DNA of 64,000 nt from an uncultured Chloroflexia bacterium (GTDB taxonomy: Bacteria > Chloroflexota > Limnocylindria > Limnocylindrales > CSP1-4): assembly GCA_963713975.1 (NCBI GenBank), contig OY970218.1, forward strand, positions 768,001-832,000, read 5' to 3'. Positions within the stretch are counted from its first letter, which is position 1; every line of letters starts with the position of its first letter. The translations under genes and the position numbers were made by a program. Shown piece after piece: positions 9,168 to 19,056 of the stretch. The notes below the pieces were generated by a model that worked only from the letters and a program-made list of their open reading frames with translations, did not search any database and had not been told where the DNA came from.

Positions 9168-10289
9168 ATGAGCGACAAGGTCCGCATCGGGGTCCTGGGA
9201 ACCAGCTGGTGGGCCGACGCCATGTACCTGCCGGCCCTCGCCAGGCACCCGCTCGCAGACGTGCGCGCCATCGCCGGGGGGAGCCGCCCGGCGCACACCC
9301 GCGAGGTCGCCGCGACCTGGGGAATCCCGGGAGCCTACGACTCGCTGGATGAGATGCTCGATGCCGAGGCGCTGGACGCCCTGCTCGTGCTCACCCCGAA
9401 CGCGAACCACTTCCAGTCCGTGATGGCCGGCCTCGCTCGCGGACTCCATGTCCTGTGCGAGAAGCCCCTGGCGATGTCGGCGGGCCAGGCCCGTGAGATG
9501 GTCGAGGCGGCCGAGCGGGCCGGGGTCACCACCATGGTGCCCTTCACCTACCGCTTCATGCCCGTCAACCGGTACCTCAAGGAGTTGATCGAGGAGGGGT
9601 ACATCGGGCGTCCGCATCACCTCAACCTGCGCTACTACACGGGCTACGGCATGTCCGGGGCCTACGCCTGGCGCTTCGATGCCGGCGAGGCGGGATCGGG
9701 CGTCTCGGGCGACCTCGGAGCGCACTGGGCCTACCTCGCCCGCTGGTTCTTCGGCGAGATCGAGGCCGTCACCGCCGTGTTCTCGCACACCGTTCCCCGG
9801 GCGCCTCGCCCCGATGGCGCCCCGTTCGAGGCGGCCGACGACACGGCCATGATCCTGCTCGAGTTCGAGAGCGGCGCCACCGGCTCGCTCCACGTCTCGT
9901 CGCTGGCTTACGAGCCCGGACCCTTCGGACAGCGCCACGAGGCGGACCTCCACGGCAGCGAGGGCACCCTGCATGCGATGACCGACTGGATCCGGACGCA
10001 GCGGGTGGAGGGCTGCCGCGTAGGCGATACGGAGATCGTCGAGCTCCCGATCCCCGACTCAGTGTTCGGAGATGCCCGGCGGGACACCGTCCACAACACG
10101 TACCGCGACACCTTCCGCGAGCACGACCACATGACCCGGGGCTTCGTCACCGCGATCGCGAGTGGCGAGGCCGCCTCGCCCGACTTCGGCGACGGACTGG
10201 CGGTCCAGCGGGTGCTCGAGGCCGCCGACCGCAGCGCCAGGCAGGGCCGCCGGGTCCGGATCGCGGAGATCGTGGCGGACGGCGGCTGA
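9168..10289 (+). CDS. Gfo/Idh/MocA family oxidoreductase
   Basis: AAGGAG RBS; RIGVLGT, HVLCEKP, GDLGAH. Confidence 0.92.
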   Translation: MSDKVRIGVLGTSWWADAMYLPALARHPLADVRAIAGGSRPAHTREVAATWGIPGAYDSLDEMLDAEALDALLVLTPNANHFQSVMAGLARGLHVLCEKPLAMSAGQAREMVEAAERAGVTTMVPFTYRFMPVNRYLKELIEEGYIGRPHHLNLRYYTGYGMSGAYAWRFDAGEAGSGVSGDLGAHWAYLARWFFGEIEAVTAVFSHTVPRAPRPDGAPFEAADDTAMILLEFESGATGSLHVSSLAYEPGPFGQRHEADLHGSEGTLHAMTDWIRTQRVEGCRVGDTEIVELPIPDSVFGDARRDTVHNTYRDTFREHDHMTRGFVTAIASGEAASPDFGDGLAVQRVLEAADRSARQGRRVRIAEIVADGG

Positions 10290-10502
10290 CGGCGTGATCC
10301 GCCGCCCGCAGGCCAATGCATCGTTTCCTGACGCCCGCACGGGCCGCCCGGCCCCCCGGTCGCGCCATTGGCAGGACCTTCCCCGTCCTGATAGCCCTTA
10401 TCCGGAGGATCGCCGGAACCTAGGCTGACGCCATCGCCGTGCTTCATGTGGGCCACGTCACTGCACCGGCCCGCGAAGTGCGGCCTTCCCTTGGAGGGCT
10501 CG

Positions 10503-11036
10503 ATGGCCATGGGACTGGTGTCGGCGCTGCCGCGCATTGAGGATCAGGACCTGATCGACCGGATCATCGGCGACCAGGCCGGACGACCCGGCGCCCTGCT
10601 GGGCATCCTCGAGAAGCTCCAGGAGAACCACCGCCACAAGTACCTTCCAATGGAGACGCTGGAGTACGTGGCCGCGCGCACGGGCGTCCCGCAGTCGCAG
10701 GTCTACGGCGTCGCGACGTTCTATGCGCTGTTCAACCTCGACCCCCAGGGCACGCACACCGTGGCCATCTGCCGGGGGACGGCCTGCCACACGCGCGGAT
10801 CGCGGGCACTGCTCGAGCGCGTGAAGCTCCAGCTCGGCCTGCAGGAGACCCGCGACGGCGCGGACAAGCTGACGCTCACCACGCCCGACCGGCGATTCAC
10901 GATCCGCACCGTGGCCTGCTTCGGACAGTGCGCGCTCGCCCCCGTGGTCGAGGTCGACCACGCGATCCGCGGGCACGTGAAGGAGCAGGCGCTGATGCGC
11001 GAGGTGGACGGCCTGCGCAAGGAGAGCGCGCGATGA
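10503..11036 (+). CDS. hoxE: Bidirectional hydrogenase diaphorase subunit HoxE (NuoE-like, 2Fe-2S)
   Basis: VYGVATFYALF, ICRGTACH, VACFGQCALAP. Confidence 0.88.
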   Translation: MAMGLVSALPRIEDQDLIDRIIGDQAGRPGALLGILEKLQENHRHKYLPMETLEYVAARTGVPQSQVYGVATFYALFNLDPQGTHTVAICRGTACHTRGSRALLERVKLQLGLQETRDGADKLTLTTPDRRFTIRTVACFGQCALAPVVEVDHAIRGHVKEQALMREVDGLRKESAR

Positions 11037-14000
11037 GGATCCAGGACATCGCCGCATTCGCGACCGTGCGCGAGGCGGGTCTCGCGAAGCTCCTGCCCGA
11101 CAGGCCCCGGATCGCCGTCGGCATGGGCACCTGCGGCTCGGGCAACGGCGCCGAGGGCGTCTACAACGCCTTCTCGTCCGAGATCGACGCCCGCGGGCTT
11201 GCCGTGCAGCTGGCGCCGGTCGGCTGCTTCGGGTTCTGCGCCGAGGAGCCGCTCGTCAACGTCTGGGTGCCCGGCCGCCCCCTGCTGATCCTGCACCGCG
11301 TCCAGCCCAACCACGTGGACGCGATCCTGAACAGCCTGGGCCATGGCGAACCGCCGCCCGCCGAGATCGTGCTGTGCAAGATCGAGGAATGGGACCACCT
11401 CACCGGCCACATCAAGTACGGCTCGGGCTACCCGGACGTGCCCGCCTGGAACGAGGTCCCGTTCTTCGACGGCCAAGTCAAGATCGTCCTGCGGAACTGC
11501 GGCCTCATCAACCCCGACGACATCGAGGAGTACATCGCGATCGGCGGGTACCAGGCCCTGTACAAGGTGCTCATCGACCAGAACCCCGCCGGCGTGATCG
11601 AGCAGGTCAAGGCGGCGAAGCTGCGTGGCCGTGGCGGTGCCGGCTACCTGACCGGGAACAAGTGGGACTTCCTGTACAAGGCACCGGGCCCCGAGAAGTA
11701 CCTGATCTGCAATGCGGATGAGGGCGACCCGGGCGCCTACATGAATCGCAACGAGATCGAGTCGGACCCCCATGCCCTGCTCGAGGGGATGCTCATCGCC
11801 GGGTACGTCACCGGCGCGCCAAAGGGGATCATCTACGTCCGCGCCGAGTATCCGCTCGCGGTCATGCGTCTCGAGCGCGCGATCGAGCAGGCGCGTGCCT
11901 ACGGCGTCCTGGGCGTGAACGTGCTCGGGCGCGGCTTCGACTTCGAGATCGAGACGGTCGAGGGCGCCGGCGCCTTCGTGTGCGGTGAGGAGACGGCGCT
12001 GATCGCCTCGCTCGAGGGCCACTCCGGCCGACCGCGCTCACGCCCGCCGTTCCCGGCCCAGAAGGGCCTCTATGGCAAGCCGACCAACATCAACAACGTC
12101 GAGACCTGGTACAACATCGCGCCGATCGTCTCCAAGGGGCCGGCCTGGTTCACCGAGACCGGCAGCGCCAAGAGCGCCGGGACGAAGGTCTTCTCCCTGG
12201 TCGGCAAGGTGCGCAGCACCGGGCTCGTCGAGATGCCGCTCGGCACGCCGCTCGCGAAGTTCATCTACGACATCGGCGGTGGCAGCAGCGACGGCCGCGA
12301 GATCAAGGCCGTGCAGACGGGCGGACCGTCCGGCGGCTGCATCCCGGCGGACATGCTGGACACGCCGGTCGACTACGAGACGCTCGCCCAGCTCGGCTCG
12401 ATCATGGGCTCCGGCGGCATGGTGGTCATGGACGCCGACAACTGCATGGTCGACGTCGCCCGCTACTTCATCGAGTTCACGCACTCGGAGAGCTGCGGCA
12501 AGTGCGTCCCGTGCCGCGTGGGCCTCGACAAGGCGCTGCGCATGCTCAACCGGTTCACGGACGGCAGCGCCAGCACGGACGACCTCGCGACCCTCGACGA
12601 GCTGTGCCGCATGGTCCGTGACACGTCGCTGTGCGGACTGGGCCAGAGCGCGCCGAACCCCGTGCTGACGAGTCTGCGCCACTTCCGCCACGAGTTCGAG
12701 GACCACATCGTGGCCAAGCGCTGCCGGGCCGGCGTGTGCGAGGACCTGGCGCTCTCGCCGTGCGAGAACTCGTGCCCGTTGCACATGAACATCCCGCGCT
12801 TCCTGCAGCTGTACAAGGAGGGTCGCCTGGAGGACGCGTTCCTGTCGGTGATCCTCGACAACCCGCTACCGGCCTCGACCGGTCGCGTATGCCAGCACCC
12901 CTGCGACAACCGCTGCCGCCGGGCCGCCCTGGACGAGTCCGTGAACATGCGCGACGTCCATCGCCTGATCGCCGACGAGGTCCTGCTGTCCGATCGGTTC
13001 GACACGGTCGTCGAGCGGGTCCGCGAGCGGAGGCTCGAGCCCACCGGCCGCGAGGTCGCGATCGTGGGTTCCGGGCCGACCGGGCTGGCCTGCGCCTACT
13101 ACCTGGCGCTCTTCGGCCACAGCGTGGTGGTGTACGACTCGCGTCCGGCGGCGGGCGGCATGCTCCGCTATGCGCTCCCCGAGTACCGGCTCCCCAAGGC
13201 GGTGCTCGACAAGGAGGTCGAGCTGATCGAGCGCATGGGCGTCCGCTTCGAGTTCAACGTCAGCGTCGGCGACGACATCACCCTCAACGACCTGGCCCAC
13301 CAGTACGACGCGGTGTTCCTCGCGATCGGCACCTGGAAGGAGGCGTGGGTCTACCTGCCCGGCACCGAGCTCACGGGCGTGATCCCCGCCCTGCCGTTCC
13401 TGGAGGCAGTATCGCGCGACGAGGAGGTCCCGGTCAGGAAGCAGGTCGTGGTCATCGGCGGCGGCAACGCCGCCATCGACTCCGCGCGCACGGCGCGCCG
13501 GCTGGGTGCCGACGTGACGGTGGTCTACCGCCGCGAGCGCAAGGACATGCCGGCGATCCCCGAGGAGATCGAGGCGGCCGAGCACGAGGGTGTGACCATC
13601 ACCTACCTCGCCGCCCCGCACCGCATCGTCGGCGACGGGAACGGCCAGGTGCGCGCACTCGAGGCCGTCAGGACCCGGCTCGGCGAGTTCGACACGTCGG
13701 GCCGGCGCCGGCCGGTACTCACCGACGAGGTCATCCGCATCGAGTGCGACACCGTGATCCTCGCCGTGGGCGAGAAGGTCGATCCCGACTTCTGCCGGGC
13801 CTCGGGCCTGACCCTGAAGGAGGAGGGCACCATCGAGGTGGACCGCTACACGCTCGAGACGAGCCGGGAGCGGTTCTACGCCGGTGGCGACCTGATCAGC
13901 GGCTCGTCGAACGTCTCGAACGCCATGGGCTACGGCAAGAAGGCGGCACGGAATATCGACAAGAAGCTGATGGGCCAGAAGCGCTTCGCGAGCCTGTTCC

Positions 14001-14188
14001 CGGAGTTCAACTACCAGATGGAGCCGCCGGAGAAGCCCAGTGAGCTTGGCCGCCACGTGCCCGGCGAGACGGCCCCGGCAGAACGGATGGGCACCTACGC
14101 GGAGGTCTCACTCGGCCTCACGACGATGGCGGCAGCCGCTGAGACATCCCGCTGCCTGCGCTGCGACGTCCGAAGCGTCGAGAGCTAG
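11033..14188 (+). CDS. hoxF: HoxF/NuoF-like diaphorase fused to a GltD/NfnB-like Fe-S/FAD/NADPH oxidoreductase module
   Basis: Thioredoxin-like 2Fe-2S N-terminus, GRGGAG, NADEGDPG, CGEETAL, ESCGKCVPCR/CGLG; then PCENSCP, GRVCQHPC...C, GSGPTG, GGGNAA..YRR, RCLRCD. Confidence 0.88.
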   Translation: MRIQDIAAFATVREAGLAKLLPDRPRIAVGMGTCGSGNGAEGVYNAFSSEIDARGLAVQLAPVGCFGFCAEEPLVNVWVPGRPLLILHRVQPNHVDAILNSLGHGEPPPAEIVLCKIEEWDHLTGHIKYGSGYPDVPAWNEVPFFDGQVKIVLRNCGLINPDDIEEYIAIGGYQALYKVLIDQNPAGVIEQVKAAKLRGRGGAGYLTGNKWDFLYKAPGPEKYLICNADEGDPGAYMNRNEIESDPHALLEGMLIAGYVTGAPKGIIYVRAEYPLAVMRLERAIEQARAYGVLGVNVLGRGFDFEIETVEGAGAFVCGEETALIASLEGHSGRPRSRPPFPAQKGLYGKPTNINNVETWYNIAPIVSKGPAWFTETGSAKSAGTKVFSLVGKVRSTGLVEMPLGTPLAKFIYDIGGGSSDGREIKAVQTGGPSGGCIPADMLDTPVDYETLAQLGSIMGSGGMVVMDADNCMVDVARYFIEFTHSESCGKCVPCRVGLDKALRMLNRFTDGSASTDDLATLDELCRMVRDTSLCGLGQSAPNPVLTSLRHFRHEFEDHIVAKRCRAGVCEDLALSPCENSCPLHMNIPRFLQLYKEGRLEDAFLSVILDNPLPASTGRVCQHPCDNRCRRAALDESVNMRDVHRLIADEVLLSDRFDTVVERVRERRLEPTGREVAIVGSGPTGLACAYYLALFGHSVVVYDSRPAAGGMLRYALPEYRLPKAVLDKEVELIERMGVRFEFNVSVGDDITLNDLAHQYDAVFLAIGTWKEAWVYLPGTELTGVIPALPFLEAVSRDEEVPVRKQVVVIGGGNAAIDSARTARRLGADVTVVYRRERKDMPAIPEEIEAAEHEGVTITYLAAPHRIVGDGNGQVRALEAVRTRLGEFDTSGRRRPVLTDEVIRIECDTVILAVGEKVDPDFCRASGLTLKEEGTIEVDRYTLETSRERFYAGGDLISGSSNVSNAMGYGKKAARNIDKKLMGQKRFASLFPEFNYQMEPPEKPSELGRHVPGETAPAERMGTYAEVSLGLTTMAAAAETSRCLRCDVRSVES

Positions 14189-14199
14189 GGAGGATCGCC

Positions 14200-14907
14200 T
14201 TGACCGAGAAGGTGAAGGTCCGCATCGACGGAGAGGTGATCGCGGCCATGCCCGGCCAGACGATCCTCGAGGTCGCGCGAGCCAACAACAAGTACATCCC
14301 CGCCCTCTGCTACATGGAGGGCCTGAGCACTGTCGGTGCCTGCCGGCTGTGCATGGTCGAGGTGTCCGGCGTGGCGCGCCTGCTGCCTGCCTGTACCACG
14401 CCGGTGCAGGAGGGCCAGGCGGTCGTGACCACCTCGGCACAGATCGAGGACTACCGGCGGATCACGCTCGAGCTGCTGTTCGCCGAGCGCAATCACGTGT
14501 GCGCCGTGTGTGTCTCTTCGGGTCACTGCGAGCTGCAGACGCTGGCCCAGGACCACGGGGTCACGCACGTCCGCTACCCGTACAGCTGTCCGCGGCTCCC
14601 CGTCGACACGACGCACCCGCGCTACGTGCTCGACCACAACCGCTGCGTGCTCTGCTCCCGTTGCGTCCGGACCTGCGCCGAGATCGAGGGTGCTCACGTG
14701 TGGGACGTGGCCGGGCGCGGCATCGGCTCCCGCCTCGTCTCCGAGCTCCAGCGGCCATGGGGCGAGGCGACGACCTGCACCAGCTGCGGCAAGTGCGTCC
14801 AGGCCTGCCCGACAGGTGCGATGGCCGAGAAGGGCTGGGGGGTCGAGGAGATGACCAAGCAGCGGACCGTGGTCAGCCAGCTGACCACGATGCGTGAGGG
14901 CTCGTGA
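14200..14907 (+). CDS. hoxU: Bidirectional hydrogenase Fe-S subunit HoxU
   Basis: GGAGG RBS and TTG start; GACRLC, ERNHVCAVC..GHCELQ, CVLCSRCVRTC, CTSCGKCVQACP. Confidence 0.93.
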   Translation: MTEKVKVRIDGEVIAAMPGQTILEVARANNKYIPALCYMEGLSTVGACRLCMVEVSGVARLLPACTTPVQEGQAVVTTSAQIEDYRRITLELLFAERNHVCAVCVSSGHCELQTLAQDHGVTHVRYPYSCPRLPVDTTHPRYVLDHNRCVLCSRCVRTCAEIEGAHVWDVAGRGIGSRLVSELQRPWGEATTCTSCGKCVQACPTGAMAEKGWGVEEMTKQRTVVSQLTTMREGS

Positions 14908-15437
14908 TGGACAAGCCCAGGATCGGGACCTGCTGGCTCGACGGCTGCTCGGGCTGCCACATGTCACTGCTCGACATCGACGAGGCGATCATCGGCGTGC
15001 TGCGCAAGGCGGACATCGTGTTCGGCCCGCTGGTCGATGCGCAGGAGTGGCCGGAAGGTGTCGACGTGGCCATCGTGGAGGGCGCGGTCAGCAGCCAGGA
15101 CGACCTCAGGCTCGTCCAGACGGTTCGGGCGCGGAGCAAGGTCGTGGTGGCGCTGGGCGACTGTGCAGTGACGGGCAACGTGCCGTCGATGCGCAACGGC
15201 ATCTCGACCCGCAGGCTGCTCGAGCGCATCTACGTCGAGGGAGCCGACGAGACCCCAGGCGTGCCGACGGACGGCGTGCCCGGGCTGCTCAAGCAGGCCG
15301 AGCCGCTGCGCTCGACGATCAAGGTCGATGTCCACGTCCCGGGCTGTCCCCCCAAGCCCAACGCGATCCTCATGGTGCTGAGCGAGCTGCTCGAGGGCCG
15401 CGAACCTGACCTTGGATCCAAGGTCAGGTTCGGGTAG
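14907..15437 (+). CDS. hoxY: [NiFe] hydrogenase small subunit HoxY
   Basis: WLDGCSGCHMS, VEGA, GDCA..GNV, PGCPP; short single-cluster form. Confidence 0.93.
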   Translation: MDKPRIGTCWLDGCSGCHMSLLDIDEAIIGVLRKADIVFGPLVDAQEWPEGVDVAIVEGAVSSQDDLRLVQTVRARSKVVVALGDCAVTGNVPSMRNGISTRRLLERIYVEGADETPGVPTDGVPGLLKQAEPLRSTIKVDVHVPGCPPKPNAILMVLSELLEGREPDLGSKVRFG

Positions 15438-15558
15438 GCGTGACGTGGCTGCCCGGAGGACGACACCGAAGACGACGGGGCGCGGGCGACGCGCCCCCGA
15501 GGGCCTCGAGCCCGTCGCTGCCCCGGCGGGGCAACCGGCCGAGGCCAGGAGACCATCG

Positions 15559-16980
15559 ATGAACACGGTCACCATCCCCCACGTGTCGCGCATCGAGGGG
15601 CACGCCAAGATCACGATCAGGCTCGACGATTCGGGCCAGGTGACCGACACGCAGTTCCACGTGACTCAGGTTCGCGGGTTCGAGAAGTTCATCGAGGGCC
15701 GGCCGTACTACGAGATGCCGTCGATCACGGCGCGCATCTGTGGCATCTGCCCGGTCAGCCACCTGCTCGCCTCGTCCAAGGCCTGTGACGAGATCATGGC
15801 CGTGCGCATCCCGGCACCCGCGGCCAAGCTGCGTGAGCTCATCCACTGCGCGCAGTTCGTGCAGTCGCACGCGCTGTCCTTCTTCCACCTCTCGGCGCCG
15901 GACCTGCTGCTGGGCATGGACTTCGATCCGGCACGGCGCAACGTCGCGGGACTGCTCGAGCAGCACCCCGACGCCCTGCGCGACGGGATCGCGTTGCGCA
16001 AGTTCGGCCAGCAGGTGATCGAGCGCCTGGGCAAGGAGCGCGTGCACCCCTCGTGGACCGTGCCGGGCGGCGTGAACGCCCCGCTCGACCCGCACGCACG
16101 AGAGAAGACCCTGGCGGAGCTGCCGGCGGCCATGGCGATCGTGCGTCGCACCCTGGCGCTCTGGAAGGCGACGCTCGATGGCTTCCCGGACGAGATCGAG
16201 TCCTTCTCCAACATCCCCACGATGTACTGCGGCCTCGTTGGGCCGGACGGCTCGCTGCGGCTCTACGACGGCAACCTGCGCTTCGTGGCACCCGACGGCG
16301 CAATCCTCGCCGACCAGGTGAGGCCCGCCGACTACGCGACCTGGATCGGCGAGGCGAGCCTCTCGGACTCCTACCTCAAGGCGCCGTACTACAAGCCGGT
16401 GGGCTACCCCGATGGCGTCTATCGGGTCGGGCCGCTCGCCCGCCTGAACGTCGCCGACCGCTGCGGCACGCCGGAGGCCGATGCCGAGCTCGCGGAATAC
16501 CGGGAGCGCCTGGGCCGCATCGTCCAGAGTGGCTTCCACTACCACTACGCACGCCTGATCGAGGCGCTGTACGGCCTGGAGCGCATGGCCGAGCTGCTCG
16601 ATGACCCGGCCATCCTGGCGACCAAGGTCCGTGCCCACGCAGGTGTCAACGAGCTCGAGGGGACCGGGATCATCGAGGCCCCGCGTGGCACGCTCATCCA
16701 CCACTACAAGGTGAACGAGCATGGCGCCATGACCTGGGCCAACCTGATCGTGGCGACCGGCCACAACAACCTCGCGATGGGCCAGGGCATCCTCCAGGTG
16801 GCCAGGCGGTTCGTCGATGGCAACCGGATCCAGGAGGGAGCGCTCAACCGCGTCTCCGCGCTCGTCCGCGCCTATGATCCGTGCCTCAGCTGCTCCACCC
16901 ACGTCCTGGGCATGGCGGCGGTGGTGCTCCAGCTGCGCGGGCCGAACGGTGAGCTGCTGGACGAGGTGGCGAACGGGTAG
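15559..16980 (+). CDS. hoxH: Group 3d [NiFe] hydrogenase large subunit HoxH
   Basis: RIEGH, L1 RICGICPVSH, EAPRG, L2 DPCLSCSTH followed by a cleavable C-terminal extension. Confidence 0.95.
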   Translation: MNTVTIPHVSRIEGHAKITIRLDDSGQVTDTQFHVTQVRGFEKFIEGRPYYEMPSITARICGICPVSHLLASSKACDEIMAVRIPAPAAKLRELIHCAQFVQSHALSFFHLSAPDLLLGMDFDPARRNVAGLLEQHPDALRDGIALRKFGQQVIERLGKERVHPSWTVPGGVNAPLDPHAREKTLAELPAAMAIVRRTLALWKATLDGFPDEIESFSNIPTMYCGLVGPDGSLRLYDGNLRFVAPDGAILADQVRPADYATWIGEASLSDSYLKAPYYKPVGYPDGVYRVGPLARLNVADRCGTPEADAELAEYRERLGRIVQSGFHYHYARLIEALYGLERMAELLDDPAILATKVRAHAGVNELEGTGIIEAPRGTLIHHYKVNEHGAMTWANLIVATGHNNLAMGQGILQVARRFVDGNRIQEGALNRVSALVRAYDPCLSCSTHVLGMAAVVLQLRGPNGELLDEVANG

Positions 16981-17006
16981 CCGGCGGCAACGATGGAGGT
17001 TGAGGG

Positions 17007-17723
17007 ATGAAGCACGCCGTGATTACCGGGGGCGCGAAGGGGATCGGCGGCGGCGTCGCCCGGGAGCTGACCGCGGATGGCTGGCACTGCACGATCCTGG
17101 ACGTGGATCCCGCCGGAGCCGCCATCGCGGAGGAGCTCGGCGGTGGGTTCGTCCTTGCCGACGTCACCCGGCCCGAGGAGCTGCGTGAGGCGTTCGCGGA
17201 GCTCGCTGCACGCGTCGGTCCACTCCATGGCCTGGTGAACTGCGCCGGGATCAACCGGACCGGAGCGTCGGCGGAGCTCGGCATCGAAGACTGGCAGCGG
17301 GTGATCGACATCGACCTGTCCGGCACCTTCTACGCCTGCCAGGCGGCCTACCCGCACCTAGTGGCCGGTGCGGCCATCGTCAACCTCGCCTCCGTGTTCG
17401 CCATGCGCGCGCTCCCGGGGCGCGTCGCCTATGCCGCGGCCAAGCATGGCGTGGTGGGGATCACCCGCGTGCTCGCCGTCGAGTGGGCGGACCGGCCGAT
17501 CCGGGTGAATGCCGTCGCACCGTCGTGGACGGACACGCCGCTGATCCGCGACCAGGTGGCGGCCGGCACGATCGATCTCGGTGTGCTCGAGCATGTCCCT
17601 TTCCGGCGCCTCGCACGGGTGGAGGACATCACCGGGGCCATCGCCTTCCTCCTCGGCGACAAGGCCTCCTTCATCACCGGCCAGACGCTGTACGTGGACG
17701 GCGGCTACACCTGGGCCGGATAG
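17007..17723 (+). CDS. SDR family oxidoreductase
   Basis: TGGAKGIG, NCAG, YAAAK, VNAVAP, ITGQTLYVDGG. Confidence 0.93.
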   Translation: MKHAVITGGAKGIGGGVARELTADGWHCTILDVDPAGAAIAEELGGGFVLADVTRPEELREAFAELAARVGPLHGLVNCAGINRTGASAELGIEDWQRVIDIDLSGTFYACQAAYPHLVAGAAIVNLASVFAMRALPGRVAYAAAKHGVVGITRVLAVEWADRPIRVNAVAPSWTDTPLIRDQVAAGTIDLGVLEHVPFRRLARVEDITGAIAFLLGDKASFITGQTLYVDGGYTWAG

Positions 17724-17776
17724 CGGCGGCGACTGACCGATTGCGCTTGGCGGGCGAGGTCCCCACAATCGCGTCC

Positions 17777-18103
17777 ATGAACACCAGCGCTGCGTGGGTC
17801 GCCGTGGACGAGAGCGGCAACCCACTCCCCAGTCCATGCCTCCACGTCACGGGCCTCCCGGCGTTCGAGTCGCAGCCGCCGCCGCAGTGCGTGGACTGCA
17901 TCCGCGAGGGCAGCCGCTGGGTGCACCTACGCCAGTGCCTCGTCTGCGGCGAGGTCCGCTGCTGCGACAACTCGCCGCGCCGCCATGCGACCGCGCACTG
18001 GCACGCCTCCGCGCACGCGGTCATCCGCTCCTATGAGCCCGGTGAGACCTGGGGCTGGTGCTACGCGGAGGACCTCTCGCTGACGCCGGCGGAAGCCGGC
18101 TGA
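17777..18103 (+). CDS. UBP-type zinc finger protein
   Basis: C.H...CxxC...WVHLRQCxxCG..CCD.S..RHATAH..H...S.EPGE.W.WC. Confidence 0.9.
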   Translation: MNTSAAWVAVDESGNPLPSPCLHVTGLPAFESQPPPQCVDCIREGSRWVHLRQCLVCGEVRCCDNSPRRHATAHWHASAHAVIRSYEPGETWGWCYAEDLSLTPAEAG

Positions 18104-18176
18104 ACGGGGTTGAGGCCGGCTGAACGGCGCCAGCCGAGCGCATCCGGCGCGCCATCAGCCGAGCGGCTACCGGCGG

Positions 18177-19056
18177 TCAGACGGGCGGGTGGAGCACGAT
18201 CCGCGTCAGGCCGGGCTCTCCCCGGTGAAGTGCCTCGAACGCCGCCGCGCCGTCCTCGAGCGGCTGCACGCGGCTGATCAGCTCTGCCACGCGCAGGCGC
18301 CCGTCGGCGATCAGCTCGATGCACTCGGGGTACTCGCCGGCGCTGGCGGACGAGCCGCGGATGGTGAGCTCGCCCGAGACGATCCCCTGGAGATCCTGCT
18401 CGACCCGCGGCTGGACGTTGCCGGTGAACGTCAGGCTGCCGCCGGGACGCGTCAGCGCCATCGCCAGGTCGATCGTCGCCTGGATGCCCACCGCCTCCAG
18501 GACGACGTCGGCCGTACGGCGCCCCGTGGCCAGCTCGAGGTCCGTGGCAGGGTCGCCGCCCGCCGAGTCGATCGTGACGTCCGCGCCCAGGTGCCTCGCG
18601 AGCTCCAGGCGCTGGGGCTGGATGTCACGGGACCGGGTCCGGCAGGCGGTGGAGGAGCCGCTGCGGCACGACGAGGAACTCGGCCATCGCCCCGTCACGG
18701 CGGAACGCCGGCGTGGACACGCCGAACGCCTGGCGGGTCTCGCACAGGTTCGTGTGCCCGGAGCTGCACGGCCGGCAGGCGCCGCACCACACGATGGAGT
18801 CGAACGTGACGCGCGTCCCCGGTGCCCACGCCTCCGGTTCCACACCCGCGCCAACGGTCTCGATGACGCCCGCCGCCTCGTGACCCATGATCACGGGCGG
18901 GTTCCGACGCCCGGTGGTCCCCGTGTAGCCAAGGACGTCCGAGCCACAGATGGCGACGGCGCGGACGCGGACCAGGACCTCCCCGGCGCCGGGCGCGGGA
19001 TCGGGACGGTCCATGTGCTCCAGCCGCAGGGGGCCCGTGTACACGAGTGCCTTCAC
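18177..19056 (-). pseudogene. Zn-dependent sugar-alcohol dehydrogenase with an internal deletion and frameshift
   Basis: N-half (ICGSD, GHE, CGACRPC..C) stops at 18625; C-half (DIQPQRLELA..LEAVG..RIVLHP) is in another frame; the EP..H/GxGxxG segment is missing. Confidence 0.82.

Noticed and set aside
10503-14907. Respiratory complex I nuoEFG or formate dehydrogenase
   Set aside because: No membrane nuo genes or molybdopterin subunit; directly followed by hoxY and hoxH
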